DNA of 58,473 nt from Nanobdellota archaeon (lineage in GTDB: Archaea > Nanobdellota > Nanobdellia > SCGC-AAA011-G17 > JAGVZF01), in assembly GCA_038046405.1 (NCBI GenBank), contig JBBSWI010000008.1, positions 60,939 through 119,411 of the forward strand, written 5' to 3'. The translations under genes were made by a program, and so were the position numbers. Under the pieces are notes generated by a model, which was not told the origin of the DNA, ran no database searches, and was given only the letters and a program-made list of their open reading frames with translations. Positions 17,903 to 27,731 of the stretch are shown piece by piece (position 1 is the stretch's first letter; the number at the start of each line of letters is the position of its first letter).

Positions 17903-18299
17903 CAGAATATTGAATCTCTTTTCTTAACGAATCTAACTCGGAATTCAGGGCAATCAAATCTTTTTCAGACTGCTGGAAAGCGTTTTCCAAATCATTTATC
18001 TGCGATTCTATGATTTTTTTTGAATCTTCAACAGACTTATTCACCACAATATTAGCGCCTATGTTCATCAGCACTTGATTATTGTTTTTTACAGATGTAT
18101 TGATTAATATGCCCGGGCCTATTGGAACTAATATTTCATGGCCTGTTTTTAAATTGCTTAATTCATCCATGCTCTCAATCAATAATTTAAGCTCTGCTAT
18201 CTTGTTGCTTATCAATTGCACTTGCTGGTTCATGATGTTCGATTGCCTTGAAAGCAGCTGGAATTCAAGGTATTTCTGCTGAGCATTTTCATTCGTCAT
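17895..18299 (-). CDS. pfdA: prefoldin alpha subunit
   Basis: Coiled-coil / beta-hairpin / coiled-coil layout: ...ILVPIGPGILINTSV...NIGANIVVNKSVEDS. Confidence 0.8.
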   Translation of the reverse strand: MTNENAQQKYLEFQLLSRQSNIMNQQVQLISNKIAELKLLIESMDELSNLKTGHEILVPIGPGILINTSVKNNNQVLMNIGANIVVNKSVEDSKKIIESQINDLENAFQQSEKDLIALNSELDSLRKEIQYSDE

Positions 18300-18657
18300 T
18301 TTTTTGTTTCTTTTCTTTTATGGTTTTTTTGTTTTCTTTTTTTGGTTTTTTCTCAGACTCTTCTTCTGGCCCTGCTTTTTTATCCTGCGCTATTTCTTTA
18401 TTCTCTTTGGCTTTTTTTCTCTTTTCATGAATTTCATAGCCTAAAGCGGAAAGCTCTTTTTTTACGTCTTCTGTAGACATTGTATTGTCAAGGTTGATTA
18501 CTTGATTTAGGGGCTCGAGATGCCTTATGTTGCATTTCCTTCTCTTTACATCTCCATCTACTATCACGAATTTGTCATCTATATTTTCCAAGATGGCGCA
18601 GATGTTTCCTTTTTCAGCTCCACTTGTTTTTCTGCATACTCGTCCAGGACTTAACAT
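18289..18657 (-). CDS. rpl14e: ribosomal protein eL14 with a K/E-rich C-terminal tail
   Basis: PGRVCRKTSGAEKGNICAIL..DDKFVIVDG KOW-like N-terminus. Confidence 0.8.
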   Translation of the reverse strand: MLSPGRVCRKTSGAEKGNICAILENIDDKFVIVDGDVKRRKCNIRHLEPLNQVINLDNTMSTEDVKKELSALGYEIHEKRKKAKENKEIAQDKKAGPEEESEKKPKKENKKTIKEKKQKNDE

Positions 18658-18704
18658 TTTTTACCCCCTGATTTAATTTGTCAATTAGCCTAATTAATTC
18701 AGCT

Positions 18705-19151
18705 CTAGTACACCTTTAAAAACTTTCTCAATAGGCTGCTGAATGCAAAAGAAGTTACTAAGTAAACACCAAACCAGCCGAAGCCTTCGTTATCGCCCAT
18801 CTTAGGGATATCAAATGGCATATTTAGTATGACCTGAGTTATGGGTAATGAATCCTTTATCAAGGCAAATATTAAGATTGCGGGAACGAAAGTTATTATC
18901 ATGGGCTTGAGGCTGTGCTTCAGCTGATCCATTGAAATTTCCATCGAGCGTTTCTGCAGGTCATTTAACTTACTTAGATCCTGCTTTGATTCATTCATCT
19001 GCTTTTTTATGTTTTTCAGCTCTTCCCTGTATGATTTTAATTTTGTTTGGTCTGTAGTGTATTTGTAGATTATTGTAGTTATGAAAGTCATCAAAAGACT
19101 CAATAAAATAACGCTCAACAATGGATATTTTACAATAAACTCAATGGCCAT
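18705..19151 (-). CDS. DUF106 membrane protein (archaeal Oxa1/YidC-like insertase family)
   Basis: TM, coiled-coil, then TM layout. Its position after secY is typical for archaea. Confidence 0.65.
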   Translation of the reverse strand: MAIEFIVKYPLLSVILLSLLMTFITTIIYKYTTDQTKLKSYREELKNIKKQMNESKQDLSKLNDLQKRSMEISMDQLKHSLKPMIITFVPAILIFALIKDSLPITQVILNMPFDIPKMGDNEGFGWFGVYLVTSFAFSSLLRKFLKVY

Positions 19152-19152
19152 C

Positions 19153-20532
19153 TTATTTCTCCATCATCTTTCTCAAGGCAGGATGCATGTCAACTGCATG
19201 CTGCTGTGCTATAGTTTCATATAACTGGTATATAATCATTACTGCAAGCAATATACCAGTGCCTCGAGACAAGGCACTGCTTAAATCTGCTAGCGAAGCA
19301 AGAAAACCTACAGTGATACCTCCCATTATTGTCAATGGGAATATATAGCGATTTAATACGTGCTCTAAAACTCGTTCATCACGCCTGAATCCTGGAATCT
19401 GCAGTCCAGATGCCATTATTTGCCTAGCCTGGCTTCTGGAATCCATTCCAGAAGTCTGCACCCAGAATATCGAGAACATTACAGATCCAAGTATCATGAA
19501 TATTACATAAACAAGTGCCTTTGCCAAGTCTAGAGGTATGAATGAGCCACGAATTAGATTTCCTACAATGTCAGGGCCAAAGACCCATGCCACTAATCCG
19601 GAAGAAGGCTGATTCCCTACAAATGTGCCTAAAAATGGTCTTCCCCAATTTTCCAATAACCGGGCCCATAATTGTATATTAGCAAGTAATGCCGATATTA
19701 AGATTACAGGAATATTGCTCGTGTAAAGAAATCTTAAAGGCCATCTGATTCCATGGCCTCGGATTCTTCCGAATGACAATGGAATTTCAACTTTCATAGC
19801 TTGGGCATAGACTGCGACAACGAAAACAGCGATTGTTGCTATTATTGAAGCAATTGCGACTCCAGCCCCCCTTATATCCTGATTTACTAACGAGATGAAG
19901 AATGACAAGACCGCCCCTATCGGAGGCTGGCCTGAACCAAAAGCAAAGGTTCCGGTAGAGCTCAAAGGCGAGAAAGCCCTGACGAATATTTCTGTCGAGA
20001 CTCCAGCCGCAATAAATAATGAAACTCCGGAACCGAAGCCCCATTTACTCACGACTTCGTCCATATAAAGCACCAGTATTCCGCCTATAAACAACTGAAA
20101 CACCAAGATTAGAGGATGAATTCCTGCAGATGGGGACAATCCTCCTAGATAGACATAAATTAAAGATTCGAAAATTATGAAAAACACGGTCAATACTTTT
20201 TGCAATCCTTGGAACCGCTGCCTGCCTTCATGTGTTGTGTTGTCTATCTTCAATATTCCTGAACCGACTAATAGCTGCAAGACTATAGAAGAGGTAACTA
20301 TAGGGCCTATACCAAGTGACATTATAGAGCCGAAACTTGCTCCTAGCAATATCGAAAGAAACTCGAACTGCTGCAAAGAATTCTGACCAAGACCATATAA
20401 TGGAATGACTGAAAGTATGAAGAATGCAAAAAGCATCAACAGTGTCCACTTGAGCTTTTCTTTAAATGACAGCTTTTTTTGAAGCGGTTTTTTTATTTCC
20501 GGAAGCAAAGATAATATGTCATTAAGAGCCAT
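19153..20532 (-). CDS. secY: preprotein translocase subunit SecY
   Basis: 10-TM protein at the end of the ribosomal protein operon. LGIGPIVTSSIVLQLL plug/TM2 motif. Confidence 0.95.
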   Translation of the reverse strand: MALNDILSLLPEIKKPLQKKLSFKEKLKWTLLMLFAFFILSVIPLYGLGQNSLQQFEFLSILLGASFGSIMSLGIGPIVTSSIVLQLLVGSGILKIDNTTHEGRQRFQGLQKVLTVFFIIFESLIYVYLGGLSPSAGIHPLILVFQLFIGGILVLYMDEVVSKWGFGSGVSLFIAAGVSTEIFVRAFSPLSSTGTFAFGSGQPPIGAVLSFFISLVNQDIRGAGVAIASIIATIAVFVVAVYAQAMKVEIPLSFGRIRGHGIRWPLRFLYTSNIPVILISALLANIQLWARLLENWGRPFLGTFVGNQPSSGLVAWVFGPDIVGNLIRGSFIPLDLAKALVYVIFMILGSVMFSIFWVQTSGMDSRSQARQIMASGLQIPGFRRDERVLEHVLNRYIFPLTIMGGITVGFLASLADLSSALSRGTGILLAVMIIYQLYETIAQQHAVDMHPALRKMMEK

Positions 20533-20962
20533 TAATTACCTCACCATTAAGGCTTTTTATTTTTTGCAAGGCTTTTTTGCTTACCTTATTGCATATTATT
20601 CTGTATTTTTTCGTTATCTCTCCTGTTCCCAGCAACTTTGTGAAGCCAAGATCATTAAGATTTATTGTATAAAAATCATTCTCTTTTTTTGCAATCTTAT
20701 CGAGGTTTTCCTCAAGGAAATAAAGATTTACTGGTTTGTCTTTTCTTACTACTTTTGATTGCCTTGTGAATCCTAATTTTCCGAAATACGTGTTTCCATA
20801 TTCTTTCAATATAGACGGTTTTTTTTGATCTGCTCGTTTTCCTGAGCCCGCCATTCCTCTCCCTCCTCTGTTGCCTGCACCCCTATGCTTTTTCTTTGCG
20901 CCCCAGCCGTGAGTTTGCGAAGCCCTCATTCTATGGCTTTTTTTCCTTTTGTTTACGGTCAT
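20522..20962 (-). CDS. rpl15: ribosomal protein uL15
   Basis: RGAGNRGGRGMAGSG motif and operon position. Confidence 0.9.
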   Translation of the reverse strand: MTVNKRKKSHRMRASQTHGWGAKKKHRGAGNRGGRGMAGSGKRADQKKPSILKEYGNTYFGKLGFTRQSKVVRKDKPVNLYFLEENLDKIAKKENDFYTINLNDLGFTKLLGTGEITKKYRIICNKVSKKALQKIKSLNGEVINGS

Positions 20963-20963
20963 A

Positions 20964-21440
20964 TCAAATCATCCTTTTTATAAGATCATTAATCTTCTCC
21001 TTTCTATAGCCAAGAGCGCCTCCAAGAGAGAAAGGAACTTTGGTGCCTTTCCTTTCAAATCCATGAACCGGAGGCTTTAATCTGAAATAAGGCTTAATTC
21101 CTGGAATGTCTTTCAGTTCTTTGTTGAATGAGAAAAATTCGTTTGTGAAATCTTCTATGCCCATGTTTAACTCGGTTTTCAAGTAAGCATCATCTATTTT
21201 TTTGTTTCCTGCAATTTTTCCCCGGTTTTTTAAGAGCAGAGTGAATGTCTCTGGATTAAGCTCACCCCAAGTTACGAGCTCCTTTATCGAGTTTAGCATT
21301 CCTATGTATTGGGGAGTGTTCTTTATTATGGTACAGTTGAACTTGTCATATAGCCTTAGCATGTGCATAGTTGAATCTAATTTCTTCTTAATATTATGAT
21401 CTCCCTTGATCCTTATTATTGCGATTCTTTTAGTTTCCAT
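20964..21440 (-). CDS. rpl30: ribosomal protein uL30
   Basis: IAIIRIKGDHNIKKK... and operon position. Confidence 0.9.
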   Translation of the reverse strand: METKRIAIIRIKGDHNIKKKLDSTMHMLRLYDKFNCTIIKNTPQYIGMLNSIKELVTWGELNPETFTLLLKNRGKIAGNKKIDDAYLKTELNMGIEDFTNEFFSFNKELKDIPGIKPYFRLKPPVHGFERKGTKVPFSLGGALGYRKEKINDLIKRMI

Positions 21441-21441
21441 T

Positions 21442-22218
21442 TTAAGAAGATAATTCTATTTCCTTATTGCTTATTGTTGATTTAGTGGTACTGAGCTTTT
21501 TTAATGCCTCAAAGCAAGCATAGATCAAATTTATTTTTGTTCTGGTTTGGCCCCTTGTTTTAGAGTAGATGTCTTTCAGGCCAGCAAGGCCAAGCATTTT
21601 TTGCACTTCCCGCTCTGTGCAAAGATTGGTTCCTTTTGGAGCAGGCATCAATGTTATTCTTACGCTGCCGCACCTTCCATTAACCTTGAATGGGATTGAA
21701 TGAGGATCCTTGCAATAGCAAGCCCATGAACCACAGCCCTTGTTTATTTTTATCAAGTTCAGCTTTGCTTTCCTTATTGCTTTTTCCCTTGCAGGAACAG
21801 TTTCCTTCGCCTTTCCATAGCCAATGCCTATATGACCATTTCTGTCTCCAACAACAGCAAGGGCTGCAAATTTTGGCTTGTTTCCCTCGTTGGTTTTTTT
21901 CTGGGTTTGCTTCCAGATGCTTCTCTTGCCGCCGCCGAACTTGCCCTTTGACTGGCCTACTAAAATTAAAGTGTGCTCTATTCCCGGAATAAGGAAATCT
22001 ATGATTTCAGGCTCTAGAATTCTATGGCCTTTTTCAAGTACTTCATCAATATCATTTAACTCGCCTTTCTTTATCCTTTTGCCGAGGTTTGTCTTTGGAA
22101 TCCATGATTCAAAACTCTCATGCCTTTTCTCTCTGGAAATGCCTAATGGCGCATCTTCTAAAGGCGGCTGCAATTCGGCTCTTGCTTCAATGTCCTTTGG
22201 CTTTTTTTGTCCTCTCAT
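21442..22218 (-). CDS. rps5: ribosomal protein uS5
   Basis: FAALAVVGDRNGHIGIGYGKAKE motif. Confidence 0.9.
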   Translation of the reverse strand: MRGQKKPKDIEARAELQPPLEDAPLGISREKRHESFESWIPKTNLGKRIKKGELNDIDEVLEKGHRILEPEIIDFLIPGIEHTLILVGQSKGKFGGGKRSIWKQTQKKTNEGNKPKFAALAVVGDRNGHIGIGYGKAKETVPAREKAIRKAKLNLIKINKGCGSWACYCKDPHSIPFKVNGRCGSVRITLMPAPKGTNLCTEREVQKMLGLAGLKDIYSKTRGQTRTKINLIYACFEALKKLSTTKSTISNKEIELSS

Positions 22219-22806
22219 TTAAACTGCTCCATTAATTATTTTTTGCTTTATTTCTTGGAAATGTGAAACTAGCTGCTCTGGCTTTATGCTGTTTTTGATA
22301 TACCTCGAAAACTGCTTTTTATATACAATATCGTCCTTAAGCAGCATGCTCGCGTAATTTGAAATTATCTTCCCTGAAATCGAATCCTCACTTGGAAGTA
22401 TCTCTTCTGAGCAAGGGACATTAATCCCCGAGTCTATAACGCCCTTTACAGCAGCGTATATTCTTGAGCCTTTTACAGAACGATGTGATCCAGAGTCTAG
22501 GATGGCCTTTTTAATGTTTTTCTTTTTTGCAATTATCCCTGCATATAACCCTGTTAAGTAAGATGACGGGATATTTCCGCGATTTGCCTTCCAGCCAAGA
22601 GATTCGAGCTTTTTTGAATTTACAGTAACAATTACTTTATCGCCAGTTTCATTGAACTCAACAAACTGCACGACCAAATTGTCTAGATGAGGCCTTACAA
22701 CTAATCTAAGCTCATGGGACTTTACTAAGGAAAGTCTTTTCTTGTAATTTGTCTTTTGCTCTAATCTTCTCTTTAACCTTGCAGTGTAGTTTTTATTTAT
22801 TGCCAT
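22219..22806 (-). CDS. rpl18: ribosomal protein uL18
   Basis: RRLEQKTNYKKRL...LRLVVRPHLDN pattern and operon position. Confidence 0.9.
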   Translation of the reverse strand: MAINKNYTARLKRRLEQKTNYKKRLSLVKSHELRLVVRPHLDNLVVQFVEFNETGDKVIVTVNSKKLESLGWKANRGNIPSSYLTGLYAGIIAKKKNIKKAILDSGSHRSVKGSRIYAAVKGVIDSGINVPCSEEILPSEDSISGKIISNYASMLLKDDIVYKKQFSRYIKNSIKPEQLVSHFQEIKQKIINGAV

Positions 22807-23257
22807 CTTTGTTAATTAAAAGCTTGTTTTCATTCAAATAAAGCATGATGTGGCTTTTGCTTCTGAAGAAGCCGCCCTTGGATTTTTTGTATATTGTCTT
22901 GAAGGTCTCTTTCGAAATCCGATCCTTCGATTTCAAATTGAACAGCAAGTACCTTTGCGATCTTATCTTGTTTATCCATTCCCTCTTTCGACTCAATCTC
23001 GAGGTTCTCTTGCCCTTTCTTGTGCCAATGCCTTGCTGTCTTCCTTTTTTTCTCTGCAGACTCCTTTTCCTTGCCCTGAATTTTGAAATTCCTGTCTGGG
23101 GCTTCTTCTTTATTATACCCCTCTTTATCAATGAACGCAAGTCCGATTTCGTGATTGCTTCCTTTATTTCTTCAAGCTTTTCAGGATCGAAATACACTCT
23201 TGTACGCCCGACATTTAAAAGCTGGGCAGCAAGCCTTTTTTGTGTTTTGAGGTTCAT
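22793..23257 (-). CDS. rpl19e: ribosomal protein eL19
   Basis: MNLKTQKRLAAQLLNVGRTRVYFDP. Confidence 0.9.
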   Translation of the reverse strand: MNLKTQKRLAAQLLNVGRTRVYFDPEKLEEIKEAITKSDLRSLIKRGIIKKKPQTGISKFRARKRSLQRKKGRQQGIGTRKGKRTSRLSRKREWINKIRSQRYLLFNLKSKDRISKETFKTIYKKSKGGFFRSKSHIMLYLNENKLLINKDGNK

Positions 23258-23931
23258 ACGCTTCTGTCTCCGCCGGTCGGTATTTTAGTCCTTACAGTGT
23301 CAGTCTTTGCTGACTTGTCAGATATTTTTTCATGCAGTATTTCGTGATGATGCTTTGCATAAGTTTCTTTTTCCAGGATTTTCTTCTCTAATTGCTTTTC
23401 TTCCCCTTTTTTTTCTTCTTGAGTTTTAGTTTTTTCGCTGGATTCCTTTTCCTCTGCTTTCTTAAGCAGATCTTCCCTTGCCTTTTTCCTCTTCTCACTA
23501 ACATGCTTTTTCTCAGCCTTTGATGATTCCCTCGATTTTTTCACATCTTCAAGGAATTTTGCAGCATCTTTTATGTTCAGGATTTTTATGTTCATGGAAT
23601 TGCATTTTTCTATCATCTGTATTTTTTTCTTCAGGCCGAGCTTTCCAGATATTATTACGGCATGAATGCTGTTGTCTATTTTTTCTAGGCTTTTCATATT
23701 ATCTGCAAGTATAGGCATTAAATTTGACTTGTGCAGGTATCTTGCTTCCTTAGGGCTTCTGTATCCAGAGTCAACTCTAACTCGATGACCTTTCTTGCCA
23801 AGGCGCATCTTGTTATGCATGCCACGAGGCCTTCTCCAATTTTGAGGAAGATGGAGCTTGTGAGCATCTTGCCTAAGGAAACTCGGCTTCTTTCTCTTCA
23901 ATTTTATTTTTAGCTGCATCAAACTGCTCAT
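23254..23931 (-). CDS. rpl32e: ribosomal protein eL32 with a roughly 90-aa K/E-rich C-terminal extension
   Basis: NWRRPRGMHNKMRLGKKGHRVRVDSGYRSPKEAR core. The tail contains the repeat shared with uS3. Confidence 0.9.
   Translation of the reverse strand: MSSLMQLKIKLKRKKPSFLRQDAHKLHLPQNWRRPRGMHNKMRLGKKGHRVRVDSGYRSPKEARYLHKSNLMPILADNMKSLEKIDNSIHAVIISGKLGLKKKIQMIEKCNSMNIKILNIKDAAKFLEDVKKSRESSKAEKKHVSEKRKKAREDLLKKAEEKESSEKTKTQEEKKGEEKQLEKKILEKETYAKHHHEILHEKISDKSAKTDTVRTKIPTGGDRSV
23414..23517 (-). repeat. copy A of a roughly 104-nt near-identical segment (K/E-rich tail module)
   Basis: tcttcttgagttttagttttttcgc(t/c)ggattccttttcctctgc(t/c)ttcttaagcagatcttcccttgcctttttcctcttctcacta(a/g)catgctttttctcagc. 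Three mismatches versus 28261-28364. Confidence 0.9.
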
Positions 23932-24500
23932 TTCAACTTCCTCGATGGTTTTTGAACTATGTATATGCCATCTTGAAATATTCTTCTGTCTTTGTTAGTG
24001 ATTCTAGTGGCCCTTTCGATGTTTGCGGCACTTTGCCCTGCCGCTTCCTTGTCAAGGCCATCTATTGTTATCTCATCGCCTTTCAACACGGCTTTTGTAT
24101 TCGGGGACAAATGTGCTATCCTGGGCACTTTCTCTCCAAGGAAATTCTTTATAACTACTTTATTTGAACTGTCTATGCTTACATTCATGGGAAAATGGCC
24201 GGAGACAATTTTTAGTTTGTAGGTATAGCCTTCAGTAACTCCTTGCACCATATTCTTTAAGTGTGCCTTGAATGTTTTTAGCATCCTTTTTTCATTTTTG
24301 GTATATTTCTTGCCTAAGAGCTCTAACTTGATGGAGCTATTTTCCTTTGCGATATTTATGAAAGGATGCGCGAATTGTCTTTCTAGACTGCCTTTTGGGC
24401 CGTTTACTATAACCTTATAAGCTTCGATGCTGCAGTCTACACCAGAAGGCATCTCTACAATTTCAGATAATTTACTTTGAGTTTTTTTGCTAGTAGACAT
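23928..24500 (-). CDS. rpl6: ribosomal protein uL6
   Basis: Operon position and the two-domain L6 pattern. Confidence 0.9.
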   Translation of the reverse strand: MSTSKKTQSKLSEIVEMPSGVDCSIEAYKVIVNGPKGSLERQFAHPFINIAKENSSIKLELLGKKYTKNEKRMLKTFKAHLKNMVQGVTEGYTYKLKIVSGHFPMNVSIDSSNKVVIKNFLGEKVPRIAHLSPNTKAVLKGDEITIDGLDKEAAGQSAANIERATRITNKDRRIFQDGIYIVQKPSRKLK

Positions 24501-24882
24501 ATGCTATAAGCTTGCCCCCCAATTTTTTTTCTATAGCTTCGTAGTGAGTAGTCAAACCTTTTTGAGTGGAAATTATCATAATGCCGAAGTTCTTGGCAGG
24601 CAGGAATCTTTTCTCGTATTTTTCTATCTCATTTTTTGTTACAGAGAACCTTGGCTTTATCGTACCACATTTATTTATAGATCCGGTCATTGTAAGCTTT
24701 ATTATGCCGCCCTTGTTGTTCTCTATATACTCTGTTTTTTCCACATAATTGTGCTGTTTCATTATTTCGAGCACATTTTTGATAAGATTTGAACTTGGCT
24801 TGATTATGCATTCCTGCTTTCCAACCTTTTCACAGTTCAATATATGTGATAATGCGTTTGATAGTGTGTCATTAGATGCCAT
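24490..24882 (-). CDS. rps8: ribosomal protein uS8
   Basis: DTLSNALSHILNCEKVGK N-terminus. Confidence 0.9.
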   Translation of the reverse strand: MASNDTLSNALSHILNCEKVGKQECIIKPSSNLIKNVLEIMKQHNYVEKTEYIENNKGGIIKLTMTGSINKCGTIKPRFSVTKNEIEKYEKRFLPAKNFGIMIISTQKGLTTHYEAIEKKLGGKLIAYVY

Positions 24883-24890
24883 TTTTTACC

Positions 24891-25121
24891 TCAGCTGTAT
24901 TTCTTGAATCCTATGTCTTTTGCGATGTCTCTGAAGCACTGCCTGCAGAGATGAATATCATACTTTTGTATATGGGCCCCGTAACGGCCGCAGCGCCTGC
25001 ATTTTCTGGAACCGGGTCCGATCTCGCGATGTTTCGGGAAATTGTGCTTCACAAATTTTTTGTACTTGGCCTGCTTGTTTATAAGAGGCTTGAGCATTTT
25101 CCTGAAATTCGATGATGTCAT
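24891..25121 (-). CDS. rps14: ribosomal protein uS14 (zinc type)
   Basis: [24 protein letters not shown]. Confidence 0.85.
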   Translation of the reverse strand: MTSSNFRKMLKPLINKQAKYKKFVKHNFPKHREIGPGSRKCRRCGRYGAHIQKYDIHLCRQCFRDIAKDIGFKKYS

Positions 25122-25657
25122 ATTTCTGATTCTCCTTCACTTATGTCTGTGCTGAACTTGGACTTGATAAATTCCATTGAGGCCTCCTTGCTTATCCTGT
25201 GCCTTAGCGGAATATGGCTGCGCTTGATTTTTCTTTTTTTTACTCTAAAACCCGGCCTTTCTAATGTCACTGCTGTTTCTAATCCTATGATGCCAAGGTC
25301 CATGTCGTATTCTGTTCCCGGGATATCAATATACTCCTTGATACCGAACGAGAAATTCCCGCTCTTGTCAAACTTTGAAGCATTAATCTTATTGTCTATG
25401 GCCTTGAGCAATCTTCCAAGAAGCTCTTCTGCCCCTTTCCCCCTAATCGTAACTTTGCAGCCTATCGCAAGATTAGGCCTTAGGCCCCATGTAGGGATTC
25501 TTTTCATTGTTTTAGTCTGGACTGGCTTCATTTTTGTAATTGTGTTTAATAATTTCATTGCCTTATCCAATTTATCTCCTGACTGGCCGACGCCTATATT
25601 CAAGGTTACTTTTTCAATCTTGATTTGCTTCATCTTATTTTTATTTGCCTGATTCAT
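25118..25657 (-). CDS. rpl5: ribosomal protein uL5
   Basis: [11 protein letters not shown]... pattern and operon position. Confidence 0.9.
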   Translation of the reverse strand: MNQANKNKMKQIKIEKVTLNIGVGQSGDKLDKAMKLLNTITKMKPVQTKTMKRIPTWGLRPNLAIGCKVTIRGKGAEELLGRLLKAIDNKINASKFDKSGNFSFGIKEYIDIPGTEYDMDLGIIGLETAVTLERPGFRVKKRKIKRSHIPLRHRISKEASMEFIKSKFSTDISEGESEI

Positions 25658-26369
25658 TTTCTTGAGGTATCGATATTAGGCTCTTTTCCTTGCCTATCAC
25701 AAAAGCATAATCTTTTAAAGTTTCGAATTTTTCCTTTCCTGACTTCAGCACGATCCTTGCAGGTTCAGTCCCTCTTTGTTCGCTCACTGAATCTAATATC
25801 CCTATATGACCTGTTTTCTTTCCATCCATGATGTAGACTATCGCACCCTTCTCGAATTTCAAATGACTTGAGAAGGCTTTTTTATGCAGATCATAAATCA
25901 TTGTGTCTGAAGTCTTATAAATATCCTTGTCGACAATCTTGTTTTTGCCGTCATAAAAATTCAACTGAAGCCTTTTTTTCTTAAGGATAGTTTTGTTTAT
26001 TATCTTTAATGGCTTTATTGAGGATTCGCCCTTCTCTATCTTATGAACAATTAGGTTTCCCTTTTCATTGAAAAATACCCTGAAATTTTCATCAGTGTCT
26101 TTTATCGAAATTACGTCCATTAATCCGACAGGAAATTTAGGGTCAGTTCTTGGTATGCCATCTATCTCTATCTTTCCAGAGTAGATTATTTTTTTTGCTT
26201 CCCTGCTAGTCTTTGCATATTTCAAATAATTTCTTACCAATACGCTTAATGGTACGGACTTTTCCAATCCATGGGGGCCAGAAGACGGATGTATAGTGTA
26301 TTTGCTTTCCTTCCTGTGTATTTCCCAGAACTTGGGTGCTGAAATCCTGAATAAGTGTTTCTTTACCAT
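25641..26369 (-). CDS. rps4e: ribosomal protein eS4
   Basis: KKHLFRISAPKFW...HGLEKSVPL N-terminus. Confidence 0.9.
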   Translation of the reverse strand: MVKKHLFRISAPKFWEIHRKESKYTIHPSSGPHGLEKSVPLSVLVRNYLKYAKTSREAKKIIYSGKIEIDGIPRTDPKFPVGLMDVISIKDTDENFRVFFNEKGNLIVHKIEKGESSIKPLKIINKTILKKKRLQLNFYDGKNKIVDKDIYKTSDTMIYDLHKKAFSSHLKFEKGAIVYIMDGKKTGHIGILDSVSEQRGTEPARIVLKSGKEKFETLKDYAFVIGKEKSLISIPQENESGK

Positions 26370-26371
26370 TT

Positions 26372-26752
26372 TTATTTCCTTTCAATTAATTTTTTCCTTG
26401 ATATATCTTCCAAGCTCAATTCTGCAATCTGCAGATTTGATGGATGGATCGGTGAGAGTGTTTTTGTGCCGTCTTTCCTGACATTATAAATGTTTTCTAG
26501 GTACACTTTCTGCAGATTCGGGAGTACCTTTGATATTTTTTCTACCTTGCCTTTGAACTTCCCATTCATGACCTTTACTTTGTCCCCCTTTCTTAATGGA
26601 ACATTTCTCTTGTGGTATTTCTTGCGGAGCTCTTTTGAAAGATTTGCAGAGAGCAATTTTTTTGCCAAGTTTTTCGGAATATTATGAATGTACTTGCGCT
26701 GCTTCCTTGGACTCTTGCTTGATTTCCATGATCTTGAAAACTTGGCTCTCAT
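26372..26752 (-). CDS. rpl24: ribosomal protein uL24
   Basis: KOW motif LRKGDKVKVMNGKFKGK. Confidence 0.9.
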   Translation of the reverse strand: MRAKFSRSWKSSKSPRKQRKYIHNIPKNLAKKLLSANLSKELRKKYHKRNVPLRKGDKVKVMNGKFKGKVEKISKVLPNLQKVYLENIYNVRKDGTKTLSPIHPSNLQIAELSLEDISRKKLIERK

Positions 26753-27166
26753 TTACACTACCATTCCTGCTAGCTTGGCGATTCCAGGCCAGCGATCTGC
26801 AGCTTCTTTTGCGACAGGGCCTTTGATTATTGTACCTTTTGGGTTGCCCTTGTCATCTTTTAGGACTACTGCTGCATTGTCCTCGAATTTTATCCTGGTG
26901 CCGTCTGCCCTTCTGTACTCTTTCCTTTGCCTTACTATGATTGCTTGCACCACTTGCTTTCTCATCTCTTGCGTGCCCTTTATTACAGAGGCTGTTACTA
27001 AGTCAGCAATTCCTGCTGAGGGATATCTTCCTTTAGTTGTTTTAAGTGTCTTGACTGAGATTATCCGGATTACCTTTGCGCCCGAATTGTCGCAAGTTTC
27101 AACCATCGCCCTCTTTGGAAGGGACCTTACGATTCTAGATTTTACTGCTTTCATTTTTCTCCACAA
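26753..27166 (-). CDS. rpl14: ribosomal protein uL14
   Basis: VETCDNSGAKVIRIISV... pattern. Confidence 0.9.
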   Translation of the reverse strand: MWRKMKAVKSRIVRSLPKRAMVETCDNSGAKVIRIISVKTLKTTKGRYPSAGIADLVTASVIKGTQEMRKQVVQAIIVRQRKEYRRADGTRIKFEDNAAVVLKDDKGNPKGTIIKGPVAKEAADRWPGIAKLAGMVV

Positions 27167-27473
27167 TCACGAATTTTTTTGTTTTTGATATGGGACGGCA
27201 CTCCATTACAGTAACACTGTCATTAATATCAGCGTTAATGCACGGCGGATTATGGACTTTTATCCTAGAGCGCCTTTTTTCGTAACGCTCATACTTTGGC
27301 AGGTAAAAGAGCCTTGGCCATTCTACTACTGCTGTTTTGTGAGTGTCTTTTTTTATTATTTTGCCAGTGAAGATTCTGCCCCTTAACTTAAAGCCGCTGT
27401 GGAAAGGACAATGCTTATCGCTGCAAGATTGCTTTGGCATGCTAACTTCTAGGCCTATGTTTGCTTCTTTCAT
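27135..27473 (-). CDS. rps17: ribosomal protein uS17
   Basis: CSDKHCPFHSGFKLRGRIFTGKIIK pattern. Confidence 0.9.
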   Translation of the reverse strand: MKEANIGLEVSMPKQSCSDKHCPFHSGFKLRGRIFTGKIIKKDTHKTAVVEWPRLFYLPKYERYEKRRSRIKVHNPPCINADINDSVTVMECRPISKTKKFVIVEKNESSKI

Positions 27474-27730
27474 TTTTTCAATCTTTCCTCGGCTCTTCCG
27501 ATTAAGTCTGAGCCATTTATTACTGTTTCATTTTTGTCCATGATGAGTTTCATTTTTACTTGGTTTTTAAGTATCTTTTTTGGTTTGCTGTTTGTTCTTA
27601 CTGTCAGAGTATATTTGCTTTCGTTTATGATCTTGCCTCTGATGCCTATCAAACTCTTGTTCTTCGAGGCTATTATTTCTGCGTACAGCCCGATTAGCTC
27701 GTGCTTCAAAGGATTTATTGTGTTGTGCAT
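27470..27730 (-). CDS. rnp1: RNase P protein component 1 (Rpp29/Pop4)
   Basis: ELIGLYAEII.SKNKSLIGIRGKIINESKYTL pattern. Canonical archaeal position between SUI1 and S17. Confidence 0.8.
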   Translation of the reverse strand: MHNTINPLKHELIGLYAEIIASKNKSLIGIRGKIINESKYTLTVRTNSKPKKILKNQVKMKLIMDKNETVINGSDLIGRAEERLKK

Positions 27731-27731
27731 A

